64,000 bases of DNA from an uncultured Nitrospiraceae bacterium (lineage in GTDB: Bacteria; Nitrospirota; Thermodesulfovibrionia; Thermodesulfovibrionales; Dissulfurispiraceae): assembly GCA_963727805.1 (NCBI GenBank), contig CAVSHF010000003.1, forward strand, positions 544,001 through 608,000, read 5' to 3'. The notes below the pieces were generated by a model, which saw nothing but the letters and a program-made list of their open reading frames with translations, ran no database searches and had not been told where the DNA came from. The position numbers and the translations under genes were made by a program. Position 1 is the first letter of the stretch, and each line of letters begins with the position of its first letter. Below are positions 12,594-22,487 of the stretch, piece after piece.

Positions 12594-13694
12594 ATGTCGA
12601 AGAATAAAGTGGGCCACATCTCAGTCCCTCTCCAGAGGGTGCACATCGAGCTTACCAATGTATGCGATTTTAACTGTCTCTTCTGTCCCAAGGCCGAGAT
12701 GAAACGACCATATGGCTATATGAAGGTGGATCTTGCAAAAAGACTCATTTCAGAGATAGGCGAAAAAGGAATCGCCGAAAAAGTGACGTTTCATGTGATG
12801 GGAGAGCCAACACTCCACCCGGATTTCTTCAGTATCCTCGACCACGCCTGCAAAGAAGCAGTAAAGGTGGGTCTTACCACCAACGGCAGCAGACTCGGTG
12901 GTGAAACCGGTCAAAGACTGCTCGATTACGACCTCCACCAGATCGATATTTCCCTTCAGACACCCGATGAAAGGTCCTTTGTTCTCAGAAAAGCTGGCAC
13001 ACTCTCCTTTGAACGATATCTTAAGGGCATATTCGATTTCTTTGGCGCCTACCATAAAGGGCATAACAATACGATTTTTAAGTTCCGTTTTCTGAATACG
13101 AGGTTCCCCAACAAATCGATGGAAGATAGAATCGGTCCTATCCGTGTTATGTCTTCTACTGCGGAGTTGCGGGACACCTTTCGATACTGGGCTGCCCGTA
13201 TCTACGATATGCTTCCAGTCGACCATGAGAAAAAAAGGTTAGCTTTGAAACGCATTGATAGTCTCGTTGCATACAAGTGGAATGTGGTGGAAGTCTATCC
13301 GAATGTATTTTTTGAAACTTATGTCCTTAGCGATTGGGGGCACGCCTTTGGCGATGATGCCATTCACGAGGCCTGGGGAGGCTGCTGCTTCGGGATGCAA
13401 GACCATTTTGCGGTGCTTTATAATGGAGATGTCATTCTTTGCTGTGTCGATTACGACGGGAATACGAAGGTCGGAAATATCAGCGATTCTTCTCTTACTG
13501 AGATTCTGTCCTCTGACCGGGTAGGAGAGATCGTAAGAGGTTTTAGGAAAATGCAGCTCGTCCATCCTTACTGCAAGAGATGTCTTGGAAGTAAATCCCG
13601 CATATCATGGCTATTTAAACCGCTAGTATCGGCAGTCGGGATAAAATTATTGAAGCCGGTCTTTTATAAAAACACGAGACTATTCGACAAATGA
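12594..13694 (+). CDS. Radical SAM protein with SPASM/Twitch domain
   Basis: CDFNCLFC, MGEPTLHP, TTNG, C-terminal C..CCVD..CKRC. Confidence 0.9.
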   Translation: MSKNKVGHISVPLQRVHIELTNVCDFNCLFCPKAEMKRPYGYMKVDLAKRLISEIGEKGIAEKVTFHVMGEPTLHPDFFSILDHACKEAVKVGLTTNGSRLGGETGQRLLDYDLHQIDISLQTPDERSFVLRKAGTLSFERYLKGIFDFFGAYHKGHNNTIFKFRFLNTRFPNKSMEDRIGPIRVMSSTAELRDTFRYWAARIYDMLPVDHEKKRLALKRIDSLVAYKWNVVEVYPNVFFETYVLSDWGHAFGDDAIHEAWGGCCFGMQDHFAVLYNGDVILCCVDYDGNTKVGNISDSSLTEILSSDRVGEIVRGFRKMQLVHPYCKRCLGSKSRISWLFKPLVSAVGIKLLKPVFYKNTRLFDK

Positions 13695-13704
13695 TTTTCG
13701 GAAA

Positions 13705-14298
13705 TCAGATCTCCCGTCTTCCTTCAAGGGCCTTAGTGAGCGTCACCTCATCGGCGAACTCGATATCGCTTCCGATGGGCAGGCCATAAGCAATCCGCGA
13801 TATTCTGATACCGAATGGTTTGAGCACCTCGGTCAAGTAGCGCGCTGTCACCTCGCCTTTGGTATTCGGGTTTGTCGCCAGTATGACTTCCTGAATGTCA
13901 CCCTGCTTTACCCTTTCTACAAGCTCATTTATCTTCAATCTGTCGGGAGTTATTCCGTCGATCGGAGAGAGTGCCCCGAGTAGCGCGTGATAGGTGCCAT
14001 TGAAGCTTCTTGTCCTCTCGATAGCGAGTATGTTGCTCGGCTCTTCTACTACACAAACACGACTTTTGTCTCTAGATGGAGAACTACATATCTCGCAGGG
14101 GTCGGTATCGGTTATAGTGAAACAGATCGAGCAGAAAAGGGCTTTTTCCTTGACATCGGTTATCGCAGCTGCCATCGCCTTTGCTTCTTCCCCAGACATG
14201 TTCAGAATAAAAAATGCGAGTCGCTGGGCAGTTTTTCTGCCGATACCCGGCAATTTGGTCAGCTGATTTACGAGATTATCTATTATCCCCTGAGTCAT
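13705..14298 (-). CDS. recR: Recombination mediator RecR
   Basis: LPGIGRKTAQRLA, C4 zinc finger, Toprim ATNPNTKGE; start set to MTQGII. Confidence 0.97.
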   Translation of the reverse strand: MTQGIIDNLVNQLTKLPGIGRKTAQRLAFFILNMSGEEAKAMAAAITDVKEKALFCSICFTITDTDPCEICSSPSRDKSRVCVVEEPSNILAIERTRSFNGTYHALLGALSPIDGITPDRLKINELVERVKQGDIQEVILATNPNTKGEVTARYLTEVLKPFGIRISRIAYGLPIGSDIEFADEVTLTKALEGRREI

Positions 14299-14311
14299 AT
14301 CCGGAACTCTA

Positions 14312-14653
14312 TTACTTGCCGAGAATATTGCCCAATCCGCCCAGGCCGGGGATATTAAGCCCCATGGTGAGTTTTGACATCTCTTCATTCACCATCTGCT
14401 GCGCCCTTCTTAGCGCTTCATTCGAAGCGGCAAGAATCAGGTCCTGCAGCATCTCGATATCGTCGGGGTTGACTACATCCTTTTCTATCTTGATTGAAAC
14501 GAGTTCGCCTCCTCCGTTTGCCACGATAGTGACCATACCACCGCCAGCCGAGGCCTCGACCTTCTTCTGCTTTGCTTCCTCCTGAGTTTTCTGCATCTCG
14601 GCCTGGAGCTTCTGGGCCTGGCGCATCATATCACCGAGCATCTTCTTGGACAT
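14312..14653 (-). CDS. ybaB: YbaB/EbfC nucleoid-associated protein
   Basis: QAQKLQ, ASAGGGMV, DDIEMLQDLI; between dnaX and recR. Confidence 0.95.
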   Translation of the reverse strand: MSKKMLGDMMRQAQKLQAEMQKTQEEAKQKKVEASAGGGMVTIVANGGGELVSIKIEKDVVNPDDIEMLQDLILAASNEALRRAQQMVNEEMSKLTMGLNIPGLGGLGNILGK

Positions 14654-14667
14654 ATGCTCCTCCTTTT

Positions 14668-16377
14668 TTATGAGTTTTTGTCTTTATCGTTAATCGGAGA
14701 GATATCCATAATTCTTCCATCGAATAATTCGAGTGCCTCCCTGACAACAGGATTGTTCAGCGCCTTTTCCTTTAAATCTGTCTTGCTCAAAGATTTCATT
14801 TCTTTAGTTTCGATATGGATAGGTATCGACTTTCCCGTAAGATTCTTAACCGACTCTTTCAGAAAGGTTATATTTTCCTTAACGGACTCGGCAAGCACGG
14901 ATACCCCACCATTGAAAAGTATCGTTATCCCTTCGTTCGATACGGAGATGTTGCCCTCACGCAGCTTGCTTGCGAGGGGAGCATTCGCCTTCTCGATTTT
15001 CTCAAGAACGGCATTCCACATGTCAGTATCAGGCAGCATAAGTGGTTCAGCAGGTGCTTGCGGGATACTTTGAGTTTTCTGTATCTTTTTTGGCACTTTT
15101 AGGGGTTCTGCAGGGGTTGCATCCTTTGGGGGGTCGTCATTATGTGTGACCTCAGGGGTCTGCCTTATTTTAGCTTCTTTCACCGGGGATGATTTCAACA
15201 ATGCGGTTCGGGATGCAGATATTTCTTTACCTGGCATCGTCGTCGGATCAGATGATTTAAACATCTTAATCGCTTCGTCGACGGTAACAAAATGACTCAT
15301 CATGCCAAGTCGCAGGAGCGTCATTTCAAGGGCTATTCTCGGAAAAAGGGCCGATCTGATCGAGGGTTCAGCCTTAATCAATTCACTCAGCAGCAGTGCC
15401 AGGTGTTCTTCATTTGTCACTCCGGCGAGAGAATGAATCAATTTTACTTCTTCCTCGCTCAAGTCCATAATACCTTCAGTATCGCCTACAATTTTCGCTA
15501 TCAGAAGGTCTCTCATGAACTGCAAGTAGTCCTTGGTAAAAGTCTTAAGGTCAGTTCCGGCCATGGTGAGATCAGCAATTATACCTACGATGCTTTTTCT
15601 ATCCCCTTCTATCACTGCTGCTGCGAGTCTCGAAAGTGTTTCTACGTCCGTAAAGCCGAGAAGATCCTTTACATCTTCAGCCGTTATATCCTCGGAAAAT
15701 GAAGCAATCTGGTCAAGGAGAGTCAACGCGTCCCTCATACTCCCGTCGGCCGCCCGAGCCACCATTTCAAGAGCCGTGTCAGCGATCTTCAATTGCTCTT
15801 GTTTGGCGATATGTTTAAGCCTTTCTTTAATTTTTTGAGTCGAAATCCTCCGGAAGGGCAGATGCTGGCAGCGAGAAAGCACGGTTGCGGGTATCTTCTT
15901 CGGGTCCGTTGTGGCAAGAACAAAGATCACGTGCGGGGGGGGCTCTTCAAGGGTCTTCAAGAGGGCATTGAAGGCCGCGGTCGAGAGCATATGTGCCTCA
16001 TCGATGATATAAACCTTATGTCCCCCTCCATAGGAGGCATACCGCACTCTCTCTCTGAGGTCCCTGATATTGTCAACGCCCGTATTGGAAGCTCCGTCGA
16101 TTTCAGTTACGTCCATTGAGGAACCATCAGTAATCGCCACGCAAGATGGACATTTCCCGCAAGGTTCGGCTGTCAGACCCTGATCGCAGTTCAATGCCTT
16201 TGCAAGTATCCGCGCGGTGGAGGTCTTCCCTACACCTCTCGGCCCCGAAAAAATATAGGCGTGGGGGACTTTATTATGCAGAATAGCGTTTTTCAGGATG
16301 CCGGCAATAGGCCCTTGGCCGGTCAGTTCATCAAAGGTTGTCGGTCTCCATTTTCTTGCAAGTACCAGATAGGACAT
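14668..16377 (-). CDS. dnaX: DNA polymerase III subunit gamma/tau
   Basis: LARKWRP, GPRGVGKTS, IDEAHMLS, SRC, GSMRDA. Confidence 0.98.
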   Translation of the reverse strand: MSYLVLARKWRPTTFDELTGQGPIAGILKNAILHNKVPHAYIFSGPRGVGKTSTARILAKALNCDQGLTAEPCGKCPSCVAITDGSSMDVTEIDGASNTGVDNIRDLRERVRYASYGGGHKVYIIDEAHMLSTAAFNALLKTLEEPPPHVIFVLATTDPKKIPATVLSRCQHLPFRRISTQKIKERLKHIAKQEQLKIADTALEMVARAADGSMRDALTLLDQIASFSEDITAEDVKDLLGFTDVETLSRLAAAVIEGDRKSIVGIIADLTMAGTDLKTFTKDYLQFMRDLLIAKIVGDTEGIMDLSEEEVKLIHSLAGVTNEEHLALLLSELIKAEPSIRSALFPRIALEMTLLRLGMMSHFVTVDEAIKMFKSSDPTTMPGKEISASRTALLKSSPVKEAKIRQTPEVTHNDDPPKDATPAEPLKVPKKIQKTQSIPQAPAEPLMLPDTDMWNAVLEKIEKANAPLASKLREGNISVSNEGITILFNGGVSVLAESVKENITFLKESVKNLTGKSIPIHIETKEMKSLSKTDLKEKALNNPVVREALELFDGRIMDISPINDKDKNS

Positions 16378-16470
16378 AAAAGCATCACCTGTATAAACCC
16401 GTTAATAAAAAGTTTTTCTATACTCAGGGACCGGCGCTCCGAAAACACTGTCATGCTGCCGTAATAATAT

Positions 16471-16567
16471 GGAGCCGGCTTGCTGCGGCACCCAGACAAA
16501 ACGTTTACCGCTGCTTCCTTCCGGACCTGACGGGATTCACATCCGCCTGCTGCGCAGGGCCGGCCCC
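16471..16567 (-). ncRNA. ffs: Signal recognition particle RNA (4.5S)
   Basis: Minus strand CCCGTCAGGTCCGGAAGGAAGCAGCGG signature inside a long hairpin closed by GGGGCCGGC...GCCGGCTCC; upstream of dnaX. Confidence 0.95.
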
Positions 16568-16588
16568 TGATTATAGAAAACCTTTTCA

Positions 16589-16680
16589 TGGCGGAGAGGG
16601 AGGGGGTCGAACCCTCGGTGAGGTGTTAGCCCCACACACGATTTCCAGTCGTGCACCTTCGGCCTCTCGGTCACCTCTCC
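16589..16680 (-). tRNA. tRNA-Ser (GGA)
   Basis: GGAGAGG acceptor stem, anticodon arm CACGA-CTGGAAA-TCGTG, long variable arm, GGTTCGA, encoded CCA. Confidence 0.95.
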
Positions 16681-16912
16681 TCAAAAATAATACTTTTTAG
16701 GTTAATGCATCAAGCGGGCCAAAAGCAACTTGACTTCCTCTCAAAGACCAATTCGGCAGCAATACATTTTTTCAACGACAAAGTAAAAAAAACGTCAATG
16801 GCCGAAACGATCTTGAATAAACGGCAAATTTTGAGTTAATATTTCATTAAATAGTCTTACGCAAAATATAATAAAATGTAAGATCTAAAAAGAGGCTTCA
16901 GGGAGGGGGAAA

Positions 16913-17290
16913 ATGGCTGTAGGGTTATCGGATCAATTGGAAACGCTCCTGCGGCAGGCCCAAGAATCGATTGCGGGTCTTGAGGCTACTGCATTAGTAT
17001 CCATGGATGGGCTAATCATTGTTAGCGCTCTGCCGCCTGACATCGAGGAAGACCGTATCGCTGCGATGACGGCTGCAATACTCGGTCTGGGTGAGAAAAC
17101 CGCCTACGACCTCGGGCGTGGCATGCTGGAACAGATTTACATAAAGGGTCCTAACGGATCCATCCTGATTTTGGCAGCAGGAGACAACGCTGTGCTGACG
17201 GCTATTGCTGGTCCCGAAACGAAACTGGGACTTTTACTTCTCCATCTTGGCAAGACTGTTGAACAAATCGGGGATTTGCTTCAAAAATAA
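16913..17290 (+). CDS. Roadblock/LC7 domain protein
   Basis: ALVSMDGLII, DRIAAMTAAILGLG, QIYIKGPNG, KLGLL. Confidence 0.9.
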   Translation: MAVGLSDQLETLLRQAQESIAGLEATALVSMDGLIIVSALPPDIEEDRIAAMTAAILGLGEKTAYDLGRGMLEQIYIKGPNGSILILAAGDNAVLTAIAGPETKLGLLLLHLGKTVEQIGDLLQK

Positions 17291-17534
17291 CCTTTCGGGA
17301 CCGTACAAGAGATTTTTTTCATCGTCATTCGGCTGGCCATAATTTTACCGTCTTCGCAGCATGCTCTGTTGCTTACCCTACCAGGAATCCTGTTTTAAAG
17401 AAAGTAAGCAATTCACCGAATAACACGTATTTGCCTTTAATCCTCCTTAGTCCAGCTGGACAGTGCCACCTCAATTGCCGCACACGATTGAGAGAGAGGT
17501 TTTCATCATCCCCTCATTCCTGTTATAGTTAGGA

Positions 17535-19565
17535 ATGAAGGGCCACTTCCTTATAATTGGAATACTTCTTTTTATAGTTTCTATTCTTATTTCTCTGAAT
17601 ATTTTTTTCCAGCAGTCGCTGCAGATGGAGATCGCCCAGGAGTTCAGCAAGCAACAGCAGCTTATTGCCCAATTGATTGCGAGCAACATCGCAGATTTCA
17701 CCCGATTAAGAAAGGAACGGGTTCTCTATTCAGCCCAACTTCTCTCTGGAATCGATGCCGGTAGCAAAGCTGATATGGACCGGCTTGCACGCGAGATATT
17801 GAAAAGCAGGCACAATGTGACAGCAAATTTCGGGATACTGAATGCCAAGGGAGAAGTCGTCTATTTTGAAGGGGCCAAGGATTCACTCAGCAGTCTTTCT
17901 CCCGAGATTATCAACAAGGCATTAGTATTGCCTGAGGGGCAAGTCGGTCTCGTGGAACTTCCTACCATGCTCTATTTCATGGCTGCGGTGCCAAGAAAGA
18001 AAGGTGATTCCGCCGCCGTTTTTCTCTCCATAGACGTGGAAGAGATCACATCACGGTTTACAAGCAAGCTCGACATTGTTGATAAGGGGAATATCTGGAT
18101 CATGGATCAACGCGGCACGCTCCTTTACCACGCGGTTCAGCCGGCTATGGTCGGTAACAACATCTACAAGGCCGATGCACCCTGTTTGAAATGTCATCAG
18201 TCCTTCGATATAGAGAAGCGAATAATTGAATCGGCCACTGTCAGGACCGGTAAGTATGTCGGCCCTTCCGGGGAAGAAAAGATTCTTTCCTTCGCACGTA
18301 CTGGCGACGATCTCTCGTGGATCGTCTTCGTCTCATCACCCTTCTCTGACATCACTCACATGACAAAGCAGAGTATGAGGTTTTATTCATTTCTGATAAT
18401 GTCGATACTTGCCACGACCATCATCGTTTCGACTGCCCTCATCGCTTTCAACAAGAAGAGGATTCAGGCTTCAGAGATATCGAAACGTCAGCACGAAATG
18501 GAACAACATGCTGCCAAGCTTGAGGAAAAGGTGGAAGAACGAACGGCTGAACTGCTTGCTGAAAAAGAAAAATTAAATAGCATCGTCAGCGCCATCGGAT
18601 CAGGCATTCTTCTTCTCGATAAACATGGCGTGGTGCAGTGGGCAAATCAAATGGCTGAATCTATGGCAGATATGGAACTCGTCGGCAGGTCCTGCGAAGA
18701 ACTCTGCGCCGAGTGTGAGGTTTCAAGCAGTTACTCCAGTGACAATATCGAAACAGTCATCGCATCCAAACTCTTCGGACAGCAGGGAAAATTCTATCAG
18801 GTAACCACGGCTCCAATAAAGGGTCTCGATGGACCGGTAAGCGGGTACATACGGCTCATTCATGATGTAACAGAGATTAAAAAGATGGAAGAACAGATGA
18901 GTAATTCCGAAAAACTCGCTTCTATCGGCCGCCTTGCAGCAGGGATAGCTCATGAGATCGGCAACCCGCTTACATCGGTCTTTTCTTTTGTCCAGATATT
19001 GCTGGAGATGGAACAGGACGAATTCAAGAAAGATAGTCTCCAGACGATTTATTTCCATATCAACAGGATTTCGGAGACGTTAAAACAGCTTTCGGGCTTC
19101 TCGAAGATGCCTACAGCGGAGCCAAGAGAATGCCAAATTAATGAGATTATCGAAGCATCGATTAATCTCATACAGTATGATAAGCGCGCGAGGGACATTA
19201 TCATCAATAAAGAGCTTTCACCATCTCTGCCTTCTGCGGTGGTTGATGCGAACCAGCTCTCTCAGGTCTTTGTGAATCTTATCCTGAATGCCATCGACTC
19301 CATGTCCGCAGGCGGTTCACTAACGTTGCGAAGTTATGCGACTAACCATGCGGTTATCATTCAGTTTGAGGACACGGGAATCGGGATACCCAAGGACAGG
19401 CAGCTAAAAATATTCGACCCTTTCTATACCACCAAGGAGAAAGGCACCGGATTGGGCTTGGCGGTGAGTTATAATATAATCAAGAAAATGAACGCCACCA
19501 TTTCGGTTGAGAGCGAAGTAGGAAAAGGCACGAAGTTTACCATTACTATTCCGGTTAAAATTTGA
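17535..19565 (+). CDS. Membrane sensor histidine kinase with periplasmic Cache-like domain carrying CxxCH, plus PAS
   Basis: Two TM helices, CLKCH, H-box AHEIGNPL, FYTTKEKGTGLGL. Confidence 0.92.
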   Translation: MKGHFLIIGILLFIVSILISLNIFFQQSLQMEIAQEFSKQQQLIAQLIASNIADFTRLRKERVLYSAQLLSGIDAGSKADMDRLAREILKSRHNVTANFGILNAKGEVVYFEGAKDSLSSLSPEIINKALVLPEGQVGLVELPTMLYFMAAVPRKKGDSAAVFLSIDVEEITSRFTSKLDIVDKGNIWIMDQRGTLLYHAVQPAMVGNNIYKADAPCLKCHQSFDIEKRIIESATVRTGKYVGPSGEEKILSFARTGDDLSWIVFVSSPFSDITHMTKQSMRFYSFLIMSILATTIIVSTALIAFNKKRIQASEISKRQHEMEQHAAKLEEKVEERTAELLAEKEKLNSIVSAIGSGILLLDKHGVVQWANQMAESMADMELVGRSCEELCAECEVSSSYSSDNIETVIASKLFGQQGKFYQVTTAPIKGLDGPVSGYIRLIHDVTEIKKMEEQMSNSEKLASIGRLAAGIAHEIGNPLTSVFSFVQILLEMEQDEFKKDSLQTIYFHINRISETLKQLSGFSKMPTAEPRECQINEIIEASINLIQYDKRARDIIINKELSPSLPSAVVDANQLSQVFVNLILNAIDSMSAGGSLTLRSYATNHAVIIQFEDTGIGIPKDRQLKIFDPFYTTKEKGTGLGLAVSYNIIKKMNATISVESEVGKGTKFTITIPVKI

Positions 19566-19574
19566 GGGCACCTA

Positions 19575-20936
19575 ATGAAGCCAAAGATATTGATCGTCGA
19601 CGATGAAGCTGATATATGCAAGGCCCTGCGATTTCTGCTTGAGCGGGAGGAATATGCGGTAACGTGCAAATACAGTGGGGAAGAGGCCGTCGCAGCCCTC
19701 TGCAGAGACTGCTTTGATGTAGTCCTTACAGACCTGAAGATGGGGAGAGTGGACGGCATGGCAGTCCTTGAAAAGGTGAAGGAAATAAGCCCGGACACGC
19801 CGGTGGTCATCATGACTGCCTTTGGTTCAATCGAATCAGCCGTCGAGGCGATGAAACACGGCGCTATCGATTATATCGTCAAACCATTCCTTAACGAAGA
19901 AATAAAAATTACTCTTCGCAGGATAATAGAACAGAAGAGAATCATTCGCCGGATCATGAAGGAAAACATAGCACTTAAACAACAGATAAGCCAGCGCATG
20001 GCCTGTCGTGACTTCGTGGCTAACTCCGATGCCATGATCCGTATCGTCGAGACCCTCGAAAAAGTTATCCCGACGAAGAGCAATATCCTCATCTTGGGCG
20101 ATAGCGGGACCGGGAAAGGACTGCTGGCTGAACTTGTTCACTGCAATAGTCCGCGGAGGGACAAACCCTTTATTACAATTAATTGTTCAGCCATACCTGA
20201 AGGTCTGCTGGAATCGGAGCTATTCGGCTATAAGAAAGGGGCTTTTACCGGTGCCGTAGCGGACAAACTTGGACTCATTGCGTTGGCTCATCAAGGCACG
20301 CTCTTCCTTGACGAAATCGGCGATATGCCGATAAGCCTTCAGGCGAAGCTGCTGAACGTCATCGAAACATCGGAAGTATATCCTCTTGGTGAGACTAAGC
20401 CGAGGCTTGTTGACATAAGGGTCATTGCCGCAACAAACGTGGACATTGAAAACAGGATCAAGGCGGGAAAATTCCGCGAGGATTTGTACTGGAGATTGAA
20501 CGTTATCGAGATAAAGATCCCGCCCTTGCGGGAGAGAAAAGAAGATATTGAAATGCTCACGAACCATTTTATCACTAAGCTGGCGCAAGAGCACGACAAG
20601 CAAATCAAAGGGATCGAACGAGACGCTCTCGCCCTGCTCATCGACTATTCATGGCCGGGTAATGTGAGGGAACTCAAGAACACTATTGAGCGCTCTATCG
20701 TTCTTGCGGAGGGGCCGAGCCTGACCGTAGAAGACCTTCCTGAAAAATTGAGAAAGGAACAGAATGGGAAAGACCTCCCTCCTCTGAAGGCTTATCTTGG
20801 CGATTACGAAAAAAACGTTCTGTTCCAGACTTACAATACCCATAATAAAAATAAAGAGGAGACCGCAAGGGCACTCGGCATCGACCTCGCCACTCTCTAT
20901 CGGAAATTCAAGAAGTACGGAATCGAATCTGAATGA
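19575..20936 (+). CDS. Sigma54-dependent response regulator (NtrC family)
   Basis: REC domain, GDSGTGK, ESELFG, GAFTGA, WPGNVREL, Fis-type HTH. Confidence 0.96.
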   Translation: MKPKILIVDDEADICKALRFLLEREEYAVTCKYSGEEAVAALCRDCFDVVLTDLKMGRVDGMAVLEKVKEISPDTPVVIMTAFGSIESAVEAMKHGAIDYIVKPFLNEEIKITLRRIIEQKRIIRRIMKENIALKQQISQRMACRDFVANSDAMIRIVETLEKVIPTKSNILILGDSGTGKGLLAELVHCNSPRRDKPFITINCSAIPEGLLESELFGYKKGAFTGAVADKLGLIALAHQGTLFLDEIGDMPISLQAKLLNVIETSEVYPLGETKPRLVDIRVIAATNVDIENRIKAGKFREDLYWRLNVIEIKIPPLRERKEDIEMLTNHFITKLAQEHDKQIKGIERDALALLIDYSWPGNVRELKNTIERSIVLAEGPSLTVEDLPEKLRKEQNGKDLPPLKAYLGDYEKNVLFQTYNTHNKNKEETARALGIDLATLYRKFKKYGIESE

Positions 20937-21202
20937 AAAGTAGGATTTTCCGTATTGGCGCCATACTAGGTGGTCTACTTGGGATTCTAATCGCCATCGG
21001 AATGGATTATGTCTCGGGGGATGTGCCGGGAGGCGGATGGACCGGGGCTGTAGCCCACGACTTGTCACTGTCTACGGATAGTCCTGCTGCCATCATTGTC
21101 GCTATTGTTTCCATAGGGATTATGGTGCTTATCAGTGCCGTGTTGGGTGGTATTTGTGGACTCATGCTCGATCGCTTCTTCAAGATTTTCACACAGGAAT
21201 AG
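20933..21202 (+). CDS. Small two-TM membrane protein
   Basis: ATGA overlap with the regulator; two hydrophobic Gly-rich segments. Confidence 0.7.
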   Translation: MKSRIFRIGAILGGLLGILIAIGMDYVSGDVPGGGWTGAVAHDLSLSTDSPAAIIVAIVSIGIMVLISAVLGGICGLMLDRFFKIFTQE

Positions 21203-21224
21203 TCTCTACCCTATTCAAGAAACA

Positions 21225-21264
21225 AAAAGGCCGCTGCAAGGACTTTCCTCTCAGCAGGCCTTTT
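21225..21264. terminator. Probable bidirectional intrinsic terminator
   Basis: AAAAAGGCC-GCTG...CAGC-AGGCCTTTT between convergent operons. Confidence 0.55.
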
Positions 21265-21289
21265 CTCGGTCTTTGCTGTTTTGTTCTCG

Positions 21290-21679
21290 CTACTTCTTAG
21301 CCTGTTTCGACGCTTTATTGAACCCCTTTGTCCCGATATGACATCTGGCGCACTGGGTATCCGAGGCGAATGCCATGCCGTCCTTTGCATGGCATGTTCC
21401 ACAGTATTTCTTATCATAGAGACCCTTCATATTGAAATCAGGCTTATTCTGAGCACTCAATGCTTCCATCTGAAAGATCTTCTCATGGCATGCATTGCAA
21501 TCAAGCCCCATGGCTGCATGACTCTTATGGCTGAACAACACTGATTTCACAGGCTTGCCATAGATAATCTCCCCGCCTCCGATCGTTTCATCTTCTGCAA
21601 TGCTCCGTCCCTCATACACGGTCATCATCACCGCAACGGCGAGCAAAATAATTAACACAGATATATGTTTCATGCGCAC
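21290..21679 (-). CDS. Periplasmic triheme c-type cytochrome (c7-like)
   Basis: Signal peptide; FSHKSH, CNACH, CGTCH, CARCH. Confidence 0.9.
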   Translation of the reverse strand: MRMKHISVLIILLAVAVMMTVYEGRSIAEDETIGGGEIIYGKPVKSVLFSHKSHAAMGLDCNACHEKIFQMEALSAQNKPDFNMKGLYDKKYCGTCHAKDGMAFASDTQCARCHIGTKGFNKASKQAKK

Positions 21680-21703
21680 TGGGTACCCTCCCTCCTCATT
21701 TTA

Positions 21704-22459
21704 CTAACCTTTTGTGTAAAAAACATTCGGCTTTGCTCCGGCTTCAGGCCTCAATACCCATACCGTCTTTTCGAGGTTATGCACCGTCCGGAATACCTCG
21801 CTCCCTGAATCCGAAAGGTCTCCAAAGGTCCTGCATTTCGCCGGACATGCTTCAGCGCATGCAGTCAACTTCTCACCTTTGGAAAGCCGCGAGTTGAAGC
21901 AGAAATCGCATTTATCGACTGCTCTCGTCTCTTCATTAAAATACCGGGCGTTGTACGGGCAGGCCGCCAGGCAGGTCTTGCACCCAATGCACTTTTTTGA
22001 CTCCATCATAACGATGCCGGTCGTTGGGCTCTTGTACGTTGCCTTTGTCGGACATCCGGTTACACAAGGAGGATTATTGCACTGGTTACACAGCACCGGG
22101 ATGAATTCCCTGGACCTCTCCACCGCCTTGCGGTCCTCACGCTCCAGTATCCGCGTCCTGTATCCATAGGTCGGAACATTGTTCGTCTTGGCACAAACCG
22201 TCGTACACACTTCGCAGTCGATACAGCGGTCCTGATGTACAACCATACTGTAATGAGGCTTGTACGGATACTGTTCTGTAAACTCGCGGGTCGACGCAAA
22301 GGCCTTTCCAACTATCGAAGTCGCCGAAAGAATGCTCCCCCCCGCAAAAACCCCGGTGATCAGCAGGCCGAGTTTCAGAAAGTCACGCCTTTCAAGCGAG
22401 GGTATGATTTCGGGACTCTCCCGCTTCATACCGTCTATGTTTATTTTTTTGGATATCAT
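21704..22459 (-). CDS. Tat-exported 4Fe-4S dicluster protein (NrfC/PsrB type)
   Basis: ERRDFLK Tat motif; CIDCEVC, CNQCNNPPC, CIGCKTC, CDFC; GGAGGA RBS. Confidence 0.92.
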   Translation of the reverse strand: MISKKINIDGMKRESPEIIPSLERRDFLKLGLLITGVFAGGSILSATSIVGKAFASTREFTEQYPYKPHYSMVVHQDRCIDCEVCTTVCAKTNNVPTYGYRTRILEREDRKAVERSREFIPVLCNQCNNPPCVTGCPTKATYKSPTTGIVMMESKKCIGCKTCLAACPYNARYFNEETRAVDKCDFCFNSRLSKGEKLTACAEACPAKCRTFGDLSDSGSEVFRTVHNLEKTVWVLRPEAGAKPNVFYTKG

Positions 22460-22487
22460 CTCACATCCTCCATTGCCAATATCAGTC

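Noticed and set aside
14299..14388. N-terminal extension of recR in the ORF track
   Set aside because: Overlaps ybaB; RecR similarity starts at MTQGII
16425..16461. GC-rich patch between ffs and dnaX as another RNA element
   Set aside because: No convincing stem or recognisable family
16323..16589. 88-aa minus ORF
   Set aside because: Overlies the SRP RNA
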